Source of the DNA: Microcaecilia unicolor
Taxonomy: Eukaryota
Assembly (NCBI RefSeq): GCF_901765095.1
Contig: NW_021963017.1
Span: forward strand, 238,253 to 302,252
Direction of reading: 5' to 3'
DNA length: 64,000 bases
The notes below the pieces were generated by a model. It was given only the letters and a program-made list of their open reading frames with translations, had not been told where the DNA came from and did no database searches. Of this stretch, positions 24,651 to 37,722 are shown one piece after another. The first letter of the stretch is position 1. Each line of letters begins with the position of its first letter. The translations under genes were made by a program, and so were the position numbers.

Positions 24651-25140
24651 ATCCCTGAGCCAGCCTCCTCCTCCAAAGAATTCATTCAGGTTTTCCACTA
24701 TGGCCTTGTCCTCCCTGAACTCCCCTTTTGCTCCTTCGTGATCTAACGGTCCCATGAATTCCCTCACAGGCTTTCTGCTTTTGATGTATCTGAAAAGGTT
24801 GTTACTGTTAGCCTCTGCGGCATATTTCTCTTAATCTCTTTTAGCCGTCTTTATTAATGCTTTGCATCTGACTTGCCAGTTCTTATGTTGCTTCTTATTT
24901 TTTTAATTTAGATCCTTTTTCCATTCTTTGAAGGACAATCTTTTGGCTGTAATAGCCTCTTTTACTTCAGCTTTTAACCATGCTGGCTGTCGTTTTCTTT
25001 TCTTTCCACCTTTGCAAATATGTGGAATTCATCTGGACTGGCTTCCAAGATGGTATTTTTGAATAGCGTCCACGCCTGTTTTAGTGTCCTAACTGTAGGA
25101 GTCGATCCTTTTAGTTTATTTTTAACCATTTTCCTCATTT
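24650..25140 (-). mobile_element. CR1-like LINE fragment (EN-RT linker region)
   Basis: The reverse-complement translation reads ...QAWTLFKNTILEASPDEF...NNLFRYIKSRKPVREFMGPLDHEGAKGEFREDKAIVENLNEFF, matching CR1 FYRYVSDKRKTRENVGPL...AEVLNDFF. It is frameshifted. Confidence 0.55.
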
Positions 25141-26149
25141 TATTATAGTCTTCCTTTTCAAAGTTATGTTCATTATTTTTATTAAATTATATATATTATA
25201 CAACTCAGAGAAAAATAATACAAGAAATTGGAAATACCTCATAACAAAATATTCAAAGTTATCCTTAACTGAAATAGCTTCACCACTTTTGCCCACTATA
25301 CATTAGGTAAATTAGATCCAAGAAAGGAAAAAGATTACTTAACGTATCTAAGAAGCAATACTAAATTTATGCTACCCAGGTAGCTTACGCCAAGCTATCT
25401 TACAGTGTACATCTGTGTCTAGACAATAACATTAACCTCTTCTTTAGACAGCAAAAAATCTTCTAACTGCTTGGGATCAAAGAATTGAAATTGTTTAGAC
25501 TGAATTAATATACTGCATATACAAGAAAATTTAAGTACAAAATTTGCACCTAATGCCAAAGTCCTTGGGCACAAAACCAAAAAGGCTTTACGCCTTTTCT
25601 GTGTTTCTCTAGACCAGTGATGGCGAACCTTTCAGAGACTGAGTGCCCAAACAGCAACCCAAAATCTAATTATTTATCACAAAGTGCCAACAGGGCAATT
25701 TAACCTGAATAACAGGTGCTGGTACTCATTATGGGCGGGGTCACCATATATGACTCCACCCCTGTGATAGCCACACCCCTTACACCAGCCATGGCGCATA
25801 TAAACAGACATGATTGAAAATATTATACTAGTATAGGAGAAAAAAATAACATTATTTTTTTCATTATAAATCATTTCTGTAAGCTGTTACAGCTCCAGTA
25901 TACCCAGTGCAAAATAAGACAGCAGATGTAAATTCTCAAATTGGACATATTCCAAACACTAAAATGAAAATAAAATGATTTTTTTCTACCTTTGTTGTCT
26001 GGTGATTTTGTTTTTCCATCCATATTGGTCCTAGTCTCTGATTCTGCTGCTCTCTATCTGTTCTCTTAACTCCGTTTCCAGGGCTTCCTTTCCATTTATT
26101 TCTTTACTTTCCTCCTTTCTTCATTTCTTTCCCTCCATCCATGTCCAGC

Positions 26150-26420
26150 AACCCTCCTCTCCCCCCCTACCCTCCCAGCACCAGGCAGGCAGGCCTCCCT
26201 CCCAGCACCAGGCATCCCTCCCTTCCACCATGCACCAGGCCTCCCTCCCTCCCACCCAGCATTCAGCATCAGGCCTCCCACCCTCTCTGCCACCCAGCAC
26301 CAGGCCTCCCTCCCACCCAGCATCAGGCCTCTGTCCCACCCAGCATCCAGTACCAGGCCTCCCTCCCTCCGAGCACCAGGCTGCCCGCCCTCCCTCCCTC
26401 CTAGCACCAGGGCCCCCCCT
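26150..26420. repeat. GC-rich minisatellite (~21-27-bp units cccagcaccaggcctccctccc)
   Basis: Direct tandem units. ORFs 26096-26644, 26121-26441, 26141-26404 and 26230-26457 are its translations (P/S/G-rich). Confidence 0.65.
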
Positions 26421-26974
26421 CCTCCGAAATCTAAAAGGCATACCTCGTCGGGGTTAAGGCGGCGTCGGCAGCGAAAAGTGTGTTGTTTGCTCGGCGCACC
26501 TTCGGCCTTCCCTTCTGTCTCTGAAGCTTTGGTCCTGCCCTTGCGGAAACAGGAAATGAGGGCGCTCGATGTATGTGCTACGCGCAGCACAAAAGTGAGC
26601 CGGAAGCAGGGGACAGGGTGGACAATTAACGTGTTAATAACCATATAGGGGCAGGGGGCATGAGAGAACCTATGTGAGAGGCTAGGAAGGGGGCAGGGGG
26701 CATGAGAGAAGCTGGATTAAAAAGCAGAACACTTGTTCAGGAGTATAGGGGAGTGCTTCTGCTTCATATTTGCTGAATGCAAGGGTGTTTTTTGTAGTGG
26801 GACAAAGAAGGAGTGTAGGGGAGGGGATCATTTGTGAAAGGAGAGGAGGGAGGGAAGATGGGGGATGTATCTTCGTTCTATTTTTGCTTTATTAATGACA
26901 ATTCAGAATATTCATTTTTATACTGTAATAAAAGATTTAAATATAAAATCAACTGTTTGCGGCTTCTGTGGATG

Positions 26975-27065
26975 AGGACAGAGTTTGCAGGGATGGGACA
27001 GGCACAGAGTTCACCGGGATGGGCGTGGGCAGGAACAGAGTTCACAGGGATGGGACGGGGATAAA
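26975..27065. repeat. tandem repeat ~25-bp x4 (acagagttcacagggatgggacagg)
   Basis: Direct tandem copies visible in the sequence. Confidence 0.55.
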
Positions 27066-27859
27066 CTGTCCCCACGTCATTCTCTACCTCCACCATCTCA
27101 GAAATCCTACCACAAAACTCATAAAGGTTACTCCTTATCTCCTTAAACCAATCCATGTGTCAATAGATTGTCCTCAGCATCTCTCTTGGGAGACTCATGA
27201 TCTCTACCACCATCCTTATGCAACCTCATGGTTCCCGTTATGACCATCTGCAGTCATTTCCAATTAGATGCTTTGCGGTAAGAGCAGTCATTTCCAACTA
27301 GATGCTTTGCGGTAAGAGCATTAAATAACACCTGGGAGGTCATGGCATCAGAGTTGATACTTGGTGGTGAGCTGCTTTTCTCCATGGGCCAAACAAAGTT
27401 TGGGTCTTAAGAAGCCATCTAAGAACGGGTTCTTTGCTACTGTGTTATTAAAATGGGTATCTCCGTGTTCCTCACTGCATTTTCTTAGCAGCCTTCTTTT
27501 TCCACCTCTGATTAGAAATGGACAACATAAAAAAATACTTGGAAACATTGAGATTTTGATATAGTATAACGGATTTGACTTACTGTATTTTATATGAAAC
27601 AGATCTGATGTTTTTGTAAATGTGTCCCCACATCCTTTCTAATAAACTTGTGCCTGCTCATGTGGGGAAAATGTGGGGTAAAAATGCACAAAAATAAATA
27701 AATAAACTTTTCCAGATTACCTTTTCTACAGTTTCTGTGAAATGTCTTATTTATATGTGGCATCTTGAACACTTCCATTTTATGTCAGAGAGCAACATTG
27801 TGATCAGATGACAGCATATCTGGATGTGTTACTCATTTTTCTTTCCCTCATCCTCACAG

Positions 27860-27958
27860 TGGTTTACTTCTACCAAAGATGGTGGTAGAAGATCATGGCT
27901 TGGAGAGGACAGATATTGGGAACCTTGGCAGCGGCATTTACTTTGGTGATTCCATCAG
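27860..27958 (+). CDS. PARP4: PARP catalytic-domain exon (nicotinamide-binding Tyr region)
   Basis: Acceptor catcctcacag|, donor AG|gtctgg. Translation is (R)GLLLPKMVVEDHGLERTDIGNLGSGIYFGDSI (cf. PARP1 [25 protein letters not shown]). Confidence 0.75.
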
Positions 27959-28388
27959 GTCTGGCATGTTTTGGGCCTTCTCTATATCTATCTCTGTATC
28001 TCTCTATCTCTGTATCTCATCCAGGAGTAGTATCTGAAGTCTGGGGATGTGTCTTTCCTATTCCATTACTCATGCTTGTTATCCATTGTTATCCATCTTT
28101 TTTTTTCAACTAGGATATTACAGAATTAGCTTATATTAGTGCTATAATTATTTAAATTGAATTCCTGTTTTTCACTTAGCCTATTAGAAAGTTATCCTCA
28201 TTATCTCATTAACAAATTAAATTGCTGGCTGCATAACAAATGCCATAACATGCATTTGACTCCTTATGATTTTGACTTGTATAATATTTCCATTTTATCT
28301 GGATCAGTATCTCAGCTTAAAGTTCTGCAACTTAATCTGTGGCACTTGGGAGAATGGTTTAAGCAGACTGCTTTTCTTCATTTAGAGC

Positions 28389-28682
28389 GGGGGTTCTGAA
28401 CCCAGTCCTCAGGACTCACCTAGCCAGTTAGGTTTTCAGGATACCCACAATGAGTTTGCATGACAGAGATTTGCATGCCCTACCTCCATTTCAAGGGTAT
28501 GTAACCCAGTCCTCAGGACACATCAAACCAGTCTGGTTTTCAAGATATACATTGCAAATATGCATGAGAGAATTTTACAATCATTGCCTCCATTGTATGC
28601 AAATCTATCTCATGCATATTCATTGTGGGTATTTGAAAACCTAACTGGCTGGGTGTACCTGAGGACTGGGTTTAGAACCTCT
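28389..28682. mobile_element. MITE with ~60-bp TIRs
   Basis: gggggttctgaacccagtcctcaggactcacctagccagttaggttttcaggatacccacaatga ... cattgtgggtatttgaaaacctaactggctgggtgtacctgaggactgggtttagaacctc. An internal partial third copy of the TIR is present. Confidence 0.65.
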
Positions 28683-30779
28683 GTTCTAAAAGAGTAGGAC
28701 AGGTTGCTCTCTTTGGCTCTTGCTGGCTATGGGTATTGGAATCTAGTTGGTCAGTGTAAAGCAATTATGCAATAGGGACTGAAAAAGGATGGTTTACACA
28801 AAAACAAAATAAAACAGCATAGGTGAATAAAAACCAGGAGAGCATAAAAAGCATATTCATAGATCTTATAGAAACAAATAAAAAGGATAATAACATACCA
28901 ACTGATGCCAGACTGCTTACAAATCATGTACCTAAAGTTTTGTTTAAATATAAAATGTTTGGATTATGTGTGTTTGGCCTCTTTGGGTATGTGGTGTTTC
29001 GCTATTTGCTGTTGGCACCTACAACTTTATTGAGTCATAGGCTTTCACTGTGGCAGAAGCATGAAGTGTAATGTAATACAGTGGTGATTTTGTGCTGGGT
29101 CACTGACCATGAACCTTTTCACCTGGGCAGCTTGTATAGCCTGAAGGGAAAGAGGCAGCCTCAGCACCTGACAGGGACTGAAGGAGCAGGAAGCAGCATC
29201 AGTGACCCAAATGAGCTGAAACGAGGAGAGGAGGAAGTCGATTCATTAGCCCTGTGGGTTGAGGAAAAGGAGTCCCAGTTTTCTTCCTGGTAGTTCTCCA
29301 TGTACAGTGGACAATTGAGCAATGCCCCTTTTACTGCAGGCTGAAAACCTTTAGACAACCAGCCCTTATTCTGCTTCTTTCATCCAAGCCAGTGAAGGGC
29401 TTGAGGAGCCATACCTTTGGTTAACTGCTTTGCACCTGCCTGGAAACTGAAGCCCTGGGGCAGCTGTCCATTTCCCACCATAAGCCTCATCTCCCAATCA
29501 AGTTCCCATCACTAGGGGCATGGCACTGACTGGCCACTCTGCCAGTCACCCTGTTGAAGTTTGACTGTGCTGATGTGTGGTAGAGGCATGGTCTGGTTGT
29601 TTTTCTTCATGGGGAGGGTGCAGTCTGTCTGCCACTCTTCTGGGAAGGTCAAGGTGGAAGAGGGTAGTTACAGCTCAGCTTCTAGATTTTTCTTTTGGGA
29701 GGGGGGGCTTGTTTCCAGGGTAGGCACCACTTTGAATTAAAAAATATATATATATATTAACAATGTCTTAACTGTACAAAGGGGAGAGGAGTTGGGGTAG
29801 AGAGAAGTTTGGCATCATTGTTCTCCCTTCTTTTATCCCATCCAAATAACACTTTAATGAAAATCACCACATGTGCGTGTATATGTGTATGTGTTTGAGA
29901 AACAGTTTGTGAACTCTTAGAACAGTGTGTATTTTAGTACAGTTTATACTCAAAAACATGATTAGATTCTAATCAAAACCCTAATAAGAGAGAAAACTAT
30001 TCCCATTGAATACATATGTTATAAAAAATGATATATTTTGATTTTTTTATTCAACTCCAAAAGAGACCCTCACAGGCTAAAATCAGTATACTTGCAATCT
30101 GTTGGAACTCTGTAACACTGCTCACAATAAATTGCTGGATCTGATTAACTGAATGTGAAAATTATTAGGTGAAGTAGATGACTCGCAAAATGTTAGGAGC
30201 TTCACAGTCTCAGCTCGATAAGGCTTTAATAGTCCTTGCTCCCCTGATCAAACCATCACCAAATCAAACCACTGTAGCTTGTGCTGTATGTACAAATTCA
30301 TTTATTACAGTGCAATCATTGACAACTCACTTGTAACCTACTAAAAAGTCTTACAAAAATAGTCACTCCAAATATTTAATTTATAATTTTGTAGCTCTAT
30401 TGAAGCAGCACCAATAATGTGGTCTTACTGACATCCAAACTCCACCGTGCCCAGCTCAAGACTTCAAGTTGGTTCGATCTTCAGCTTCTTCAGGAGTTGA
30501 ATCAAATTGCTGTACTCTACAGGTCCACAGCCCAACATGTGAATAGGCAGTGGTGCTGAATATATGTACAAGTTAGTCACTGCTACTGGCATATGTATAG
30601 CGGCTATATTCAGCCATTGTACATATGGCTAAGCACTATGATTTAGGATTGCTTTCCCAGTACTCTTCAACTTTTCTATTTGTAGCCTTATAGGATAATT
30701 TTATAAAAGATGTCTAAATTGCTTTTATAAAATAGGCACTTTTTCATGTACTCCGAAGTTGTAATTGTGTGCCTGTACT

Positions 30780-31198
30780 CAGGGCCGCCGAGGGGGGGGG
30801 GGGGGAGCCAGGGGGGACAAAATTCCCCAGGCCCGGGCCTCCAAGGGGGGCCCGGCGCCGCAGTCCCACCCGTCCTCCGTCGCCAACCGTCTGCCACCGG
30901 GCCGGGCCCCCTGCATTGAAATCACAGCGCCTCTCACCTCTGTGTGAAAGCGCAGCAGGGCAGCAGATCGCCTCCCTTCGGGCCTCCTTCCCTCCCTTTG
31001 TCCTGCCCTCGTCTGACGTAACTTCCGCGAGGGCGGGTCACAGGGGGGGAAGGAGGCCTGAAGGGAAGCAATCTGCTGCCTGCAGCACTTTCACATGGAG
31101 GTGAGAGACGTTGTGATTTCAATGCAGGGGATGGGGGTGGGGGCGGGGCCCCAGGGGCAGCCTTGCCCCAGGCCCGGCCCAGTCTCTCAGCGGCCCTG
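30780..31198. mobile_element. hAT-like MITE (~420 bp) with internal palindrome
   Basis: TIRs cagggccgccgag / ctcagcggccctg. Flanking 8-bp direct repeats are cctgtact (30772-30779) and cctgtacg (31199-31206). The interior is a palindrome centred ~31025, with arms 30905-31000 and 31045-31140. Confidence 0.6.
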
Positions 31199-31562
31199 CC
31201 TGTACGCTACACATGTTCTGCATATTTTATGTTTAAATCATTTTTATTCAAACAAACAAATCCAAGTACATTGCTACAACAACTGTCTGTAGAAATATCC
31301 CATTTCATCCAGTTTGTAAACTAACCTCCCAATTGCTACCCACTACACCTTTCCCATCCCTACCCTCCCCCCTCCCCTCCCTCCCAAACATCCCTCCTCA
31401 TCATTAAGTCTATAAGTTCAACAGGTGGCTCCGGGCTGAGGGTCTTAAAGTGTTCCAAAAGGGGCTCCAACTCTGTTGAAAACTATCTCCAGCTTTGGAA
31501 TTAAAATCTGTAATTCCCACCCGCTCAATACGCATTAGAAATAGCATGTGCATACACCACTG

Positions 31563-34500
31563 TTATAGTGAAGGGTATTTATATGTCAGCCACTCTGCCA
31601 GAATTACCTGCTTGGATACAATAATGGCCCTAGAGACAAAGGATGCAAATCCACACGGCATCGGGTGTCCCAACTTAGGCTGTCCAAACAAGAGTGCAGG
31701 GTCGTAATGCCAACCTGTCTTCCACAAGCTAGATATGTGAAGCATGATTGCTTTCCAAAAACTTGCAATGCCTTTACAGGACCAGAACATATGTCCTAGG
31801 GTCGCACCACTGGCTCCACACTTCAGACTTGACCCCTAAGGAGAAAGTCCCATATGAAATGCCGTTCGAGGAGATATATATAAACGGAGGACAAATTTGT
31901 ATTGTAACTTCCAGTGTAATGCCAATGGAGATAAACGCTGAATCGAAAGTATATGCGATTTAATTTGCGCTGCAGTGATGTTTACTTGTAAATCTCTTTG
32001 CCACAAAGACAACAATCTTGAATAATCCAACTCAGGTATTGAGTCCCGTGTATGCCTGTGATGAAAAGAAAGCAACACCTTATGCTGCACTTCTAAAGAG
32101 AAAGCAGATGAAAGTTCTTCTTGTATGTCTTCTGTCATTGACTCCCAAGGCAGCGATGATACATAATGCCACAGTTGAGCATAATGGAACTCATCAAAAT
32201 GTGGCAAGGCAAATTCTACTTGGAGACCTTGAAAAGTTTTTATACGATCTTCTTTGGAAACCACCTGTAGTAAGTACACAATACCTTGCTTCTTCCATCT
32301 GCGGAAGACAGAATACAGTTGTCCTGGTGCAAAGGCCGCATTATCACAAATTGCCAAATATGGTGTTACCTTTGCAGAAAAACGATGTAATTGGCAAATC
32401 CACCTCCTAACTGCTTTTGCAGACTTCATAATCAAAGAATGTTTTAACACATTTGGTATGGACTCACCGTTTGTGTGCAAATAACTACTGAAATGAACTC
32501 CCAGGGAGAGTTGTAACTCCATAGTTGTATTACAGTAATCTTGAGTGGCTCTAAACCAGTCATTAATATGCCTCATGCCACTGGCAATAGTAAGAAATCT
32601 TATGCTAAGTAATCCCAACCCCCCGTACTCCACCGGTATATATAAGGTTGATATGGGAAGACGAGCTTTCCTACCTTGCCAGAGAAAACACTGAACCAAT
32701 GTGTTCAGTTTCCTTTCATCCCCCCATTTCAAATACAAAGGTAGGATCTGAAAGACATAAAGCCATCTGGGGACAATAAACATATTGAATAATGCTATAC
32801 GTCCTAACAATGAAATAGGTAAGGAGCCCCATGCATGCAACCTCAATTTTGTCTCCTTTAATAACCACTGAATATTTTTTTCATATAACAAATTTAAATC
32901 TGCTGGAATGTGTACTCCAAAATATTTAATTGAGCCCTGTGCCCAGTTAAGGGGAAACTGTTCTCTCCAATTTATTTGCCTTCCTGTTAATACAGGAAGA
33001 GCAAAGGATTTATTTAAGTTCATCTTGAAACCAGAAATGTGCCCAAATTGCCTAATACTTGTAAGCAGCAACTCTAGTGATTGGGGTGGATTTGTCAATA
33101 TCAGTAATAAATCGTCAGCATAAGCCAGTCTTTGATACATTGATCTGCAAGAGAGATGCCCTCTATCCCCTTTGTAAGCGAGAGCATCCGGAGCAATGGC
33201 TCTAATGATATCACAAAAAATAAAGGAGAGAGGGGACATCCTTGCCTAGTGCTTCTTTCTATAATAAATTCTTTTTCTTTAATACCATTAATTAACACGC
33301 ATGCCTGAGGATGATAGTAGAGAGCTTGTATCGTTTGTAAAAACCAACCAGTAATTCCCATAGCAGCCATAGTCCTATCCCACCTGGTCAAAGGCCTTTT
33401 CTGCATCCCAGCTAACCACCAAGAATGGAACACCTTTATCTCTGCGAGATGCCATTGCCAGTAGTAAACGTCTGACATTATGCGCCGCTTGATGGTGTCA
33501 TACAAACCCCACCTGCTCAGATCCTATCAATTTTGGTAGACACTGTGCCAATCTTTCAGCCAATATTTTAGCTAACAACTTAATGTCTACATTTAGAAGC
33601 AATATCGGCCTATAGGAGTCTGCCTGCTCTGATGATTTACCCGACTTTGGTATTAAAGTTATCAACGCGGTATTAGCATAAATGGGAAATTTACCTTGTT
33701 ATATCACCTCCTCATAATATTCTAGCACGGAGGCCAGAACCGCTGGGGGTAAGGTCTTATAATAATCTCCTGTGAATCCATCAGGACCTGGAGCAGAATG
33801 AAATTTTAGCGACTTTACCGCTTTTTGCAACTCAGTTAACGATAGGGGTGCGTTCAAGCAGTCCAGATCTGCTAAGGACAGTGTAGGTAAACCTGAGCGC
33901 TTTAAATAATCCAATAGATTTCGCTCATGAGGTATCAACTCTGCTTTATATAGGGAGGAGAAATATTCTGTGAATAGCTCCCTATTTCCCCTTGATCACT
34001 TGTAAGCACTCCACGCTTGTCCCGTAGGGCTGCCACGGTCTGAGGCCATCCCCAATTCTTAATTAGTCGTGCAAGCATTCGTCCCGGTCTATTACCAAAC
34101 CTTTGCAATCTATACTTATAATAAAGAGATGACCTATGGGCATATTTTCAAAGCACTTTGGGAGGCTAAGTTCCATAGGTTTCTATGGAACTTTGGGAGG
34201 CTAAGTGCTTTGAAAATGAGCTTGCTAGTCTCTATTTTGTAAAATAGAGTATTGAGAGCTATTTGAGTGGCTTTTAAGTTCTCCAGAGTAGCCTTTGTAG
34301 GCCTTTGCACATGGGCCCGTTTAGCCCTTCGTAACTGTTTCTAAATGCAAAATACCTGCTGCTCTACGCTTTTTCTTCATACTACAAAATGCAATGCTGT
34401 CTCCCCGTATCACCACCTTCGATGCAGACCAAAATAATAGTGGCTGATTTTGAGCTTGTTCACCATTATTAGCCGCATTCTAAGCCCACCTTATATTTAT

Positions 34501-35222
34501 GTATTTCTGAAATTGAGGGTCTGTGTACAAGTAGGCTGGCTATTTCCTCCCTTTTCCACCCGGACTATCAGCAGGTATTTCTAGGTCCACCCACACTAGA
34601 GCATGGTCTGAAATTTCTTCGGGCCCTATGGTCTCTGCTAATGTCAGAGGAAACAAGGAACATTCCATCAAAATATAATCCAAACAGGCTTGTGTTCCAT
34701 GAGCCCTTGACTGGTGATTGTAATCTCGCTCACCCGGTTGCAGTGCCCTCCATACATCAACTAAGTTAAGAGATTTTGAGAGTATAGAGAACTCTCTGGT
34801 CCGTTGCCCTGAATAATGCAAAGAATTCGGGTTGGAACAGTCATAAACCGGGTCCGAAACTAAGTTAAAATCACCCAGTACCATCAACTTTGAGTTCTTA
34901 TGTGCAAGCAACATCCAACCAGCGATTTAAAAAAGACTGGGTCATAACAATTGAGACCATACAACACCACTAGCAGAAAGTCTATGCCTTGCAGCCATAC
35001 ATGTAAAATTATGTAATTCCCCTGTGTCCCTTTTGTCACCAAAGTAGCTTTATACGATAGCCCCTTTCGAAACAAAACTGCCATTCCCCCTTTCTGCCCC
35101 TGTGAGGCAGCCGCGTAAATCTCCCCTACCCAGGATCTCTGCAACTTAGCGTGTTCTAAATCCGTGAGACGTGTCTCTTGCAAACAAGCTATATCTGATT
35201 TATGGCGTTTTAATGCTGACAA
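31563..35222 (-). pseudogene. L1-like ORF2 (EN-RT-Cys knuckle), frameshifted
   Basis: See the parent element. ORFs 34884-35222, 34540-34914, 33699-33938, 33101-33505, 31836-33239 and 31563-31790 tile one ORF2 in shifting frames. Confidence 0.6.
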
Positions 35223-36597
35223 AATTTTAGAGTGCTTTATCGGGGAACTAATGCCCCCTACATTCCAAGATATTACTCATGTAGGCAAACGCTATTTAAA
35301 GAAACTAACATTGGTAAAGAGATATCCCCTATGCACATTCCTATCCCCTCCATTAAAACCTGTAAACATACATTCAGCAACATATTCATACAGATTCAAT
35401 GCAATTTTGACCCTTCTTGCCCAGGTTAACAGTACCCTCAACCCTTCTATTTCCCGAGAACTCCTCCCCCTTCCCATGTAACCATTGTAAATCCAGTACA
35501 GGTCCCCTCATCCTTCCTACCTTCCCTCCCCATTCCCCCCCAACCCTAAACTTAACCCAATCCATCTACCCAGGGAACAGACCTGGGGATGGAAGCAAAG
35601 ATCACATTAAGTGCTAGGGACCCCAACCTCCAAATGCAACTGCTTATAGGCTATGTCACCATAATACACTATGTTAAAGCAACTAGTAATATATTTACTC
35701 CTGTACCACACCAACAAATGCAACATGGATTAATCCGCATCAATCAATCTGTTGTTCAATAATGCTGATTTTGCCTCTGTTACAGTCTTGAAAGCTTGCC
35801 ATTGACCTTGAATTGAAACCCTTAATTGTGCTGGATATTGTAAAGCAAAATGAATTCTTTTATAAGAGCTGAGCAGAGAGGATGAAACTGTTGATGCTGC
35901 TTTGTGCGGGGGAGAAATCTTGTAAAATCATCAGTATGTTGCGCCCGTCGTGCATCAGTGAGTCTCTCTGTAATTTAAACCCTCGAAGAATTTCAACTTT
36001 ATGTCTGTAATTCAATATTTTTGCCATAATTACTCTTGGTCAGTTCTGATCCTCCTATCTGCGCCCGACGCAATGTGCCCTTTCCACCACTACCGGGCCC
36101 ATTGTGTCTGTAAGGGCCAATTCCTTAGCCAGCCAAGTCGCTAGGTTCCATTCAGGGAGTTTTTCTGTTAACCCCACTTTCTCCGAGGACAAGCAGGCTG
36201 CTTGTTCTCACTGATGGGTGACGTCCACGGCAGCCCCTCCAATCGGAATCTTCACTAGCAAAGTCCTTTGCTAGCCCTCGCGCGCCCGCGCGCATGCGCG
36301 GCCGTCTTCCCGCCCGAAACCGGCTCGAGCCGGCCAGTCTTCTTTCGTCCGCACTCGGTACGGTTGTGTTTTTCGCCGTGTCGAGCCCCGGAGAGTCGAC
36401 CTCGCGCGTCCTTTGTCTAATCGACGTGTTTTTTCTTCGGAAAATATTAGAATTCGTTCGGGAAGTGCTCCGGAAGCCCCCTTGGGTTTCGTTTTGCCCC
36501 TTCCCGTATTTTCAGTCTTTGCCCCGGTAAGTTTTCTTTCGTCGTCGGGGTAGGCCTCTTTTCGGCCTCGGTCGAGATTTTTCTCCCTCAAAGTTTT

Positions 36598-37722
36598 TTG
36601 GTGCTCATTTTCGTCATTTCGGATTTTGATTTCGCCGGCGTGATTTTTCCGCCCATGACATCGAAGCCTTCCAGCGGCTTCAAGAAGTGCACCCAGTGCG
36701 CCCGGGTTATCTCGCTCACTGACAGGCACGCGTCGTGTCTTCAGTGTCTGGGGGCCGAGCACCGCCCTCAGGCCTGTAGTCTGTGTTCCCTTTTGCAAAG
36801 GCGGACTCAGGTAGCGAGATTGGCCCAGTGGAACGTTTTGTTCTCGGGCTCTTCGTCGGCATCGGCACCGGGGGTATCGTGTACATCGACGTCTTCAGCG
36901 TCCAGAGCTTCATCCTCGGCCGCCAGTGCATCGAGTGCATCGAGGCATCGGCCCTCTGCATCGGCGCCGAGACATCGGATAGCTGCATCGACGTCGGTGG
37001 TACCGGGACCTCGTCTGCTGATGTCGTCGGACGGTGGTGCATCGTCAGGAGTGCAGGTGAGGGCTGTCCATTCCCCTGCTGGTGGCGGTGAGCCTTCGGG
37101 TGGGTCTCCCCCTACCCTGAGGGCTCCTGCGGTACAGCCCCCCCGAGACCGACCTCCTTCGGCCTCGGCCCCGAGGAAGCGACGGCTGGATTCTACGTCC
37201 TCCTCGTCGGTACCGGGAAGCTCCGGTGACATGCTTCGTTCCAAGAAGTTGAAGAAGCATCGTCACCGGTCCCCTTCCCGTGTCGGTACCGAGAGCTCTG
37301 GGTCGCCGAGGGAGTCGGCACCCAGCAGGCATCGGCACCGAGAGGACCGCTCACCCTCTGTTCAGGAGGTGTCGATGCGCTCCACTCTGGACAGCCCGGA
37401 ACAGCCTCCACGCCCGGAACAGGTTCTGACGTCGACGCCTGCATCAACCTCCATGCCTTTCTCTGCAGCCGCTCTGAACGAGAGCCTCCGGGCCGTTCTC
37501 CCAGAGATTCTGGGAGAGCTGTTGCGCCCTACCCCTCCGGTACCGGCGGTGCTTGCGCCACCGGTACCGTCGAGCGTGGCGCCGGCTGGCCCATCGCCCG
37601 AGGTGAGGTCTCCGGCGTCGGTGCTGCGTGCGGTGCCGGCTGCCGTCGCCTCCCAGGAGGGCTCCCCGACTACGTCGGCGGAGGGAGCTTCGCCGATGCG
37701 GGCGAGGGAGTCTACCTCTTGA
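36598..37722 (+). CDS. DIRS ORF1 (gag-like, Cys-rich N-terminus, Ser/Pro-rich)
   Basis: 374-aa ORF. KKCTQCARVISLTDRHASCLQCLGAEHRPQACSLCSLL resembles a zinc-knuckle arrangement. A second ORF at 37768-38904 may be its continuation or a separate ORF1b. Confidence 0.45.
   Translation: MVLIFVISDFDFAGVIFPPMTSKPSSGFKKCTQCARVISLTDRHASCLQCLGAEHRPQACSLCSLLQRRTQVARLAQWNVLFSGSSSASAPGVSCTSTSSASRASSSAASASSASRHRPSASAPRHRIAASTSVVPGPRLLMSSDGGASSGVQVRAVHSPAGGGEPSGGSPPTLRAPAVQPPRDRPPSASAPRKRRLDSTSSSSVPGSSGDMLRSKKLKKHRHRSPSRVGTESSGSPRESAPSRHRHREDRSPSVQEVSMRSTLDSPEQPPRPEQVLTSTPASTSMPFSAAALNESLRAVLPEILGELLRPTPPVPAVLAPPVPSSVAPAGPSPEVRSPASVLRAVPAAVASQEGSPTTSAEGASPMRARESTS

Noticed and set aside
26096-26644. ORFs of 75-182 aa rich in P/S/L/G
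   Set aside because: They are translations of a 21-27-bp GC-rich minisatellite (cccagcaccaggcctccctccc)n.
36271-36798. Minus-strand 175-aa ORF and other antisense ORFs (36716-38067) across DIRS gag
   Set aside because: These are antisense to well-supported DIRS coding sequence in GC-rich DNA and are Arg/Gly-rich. They are artefacts of base composition.
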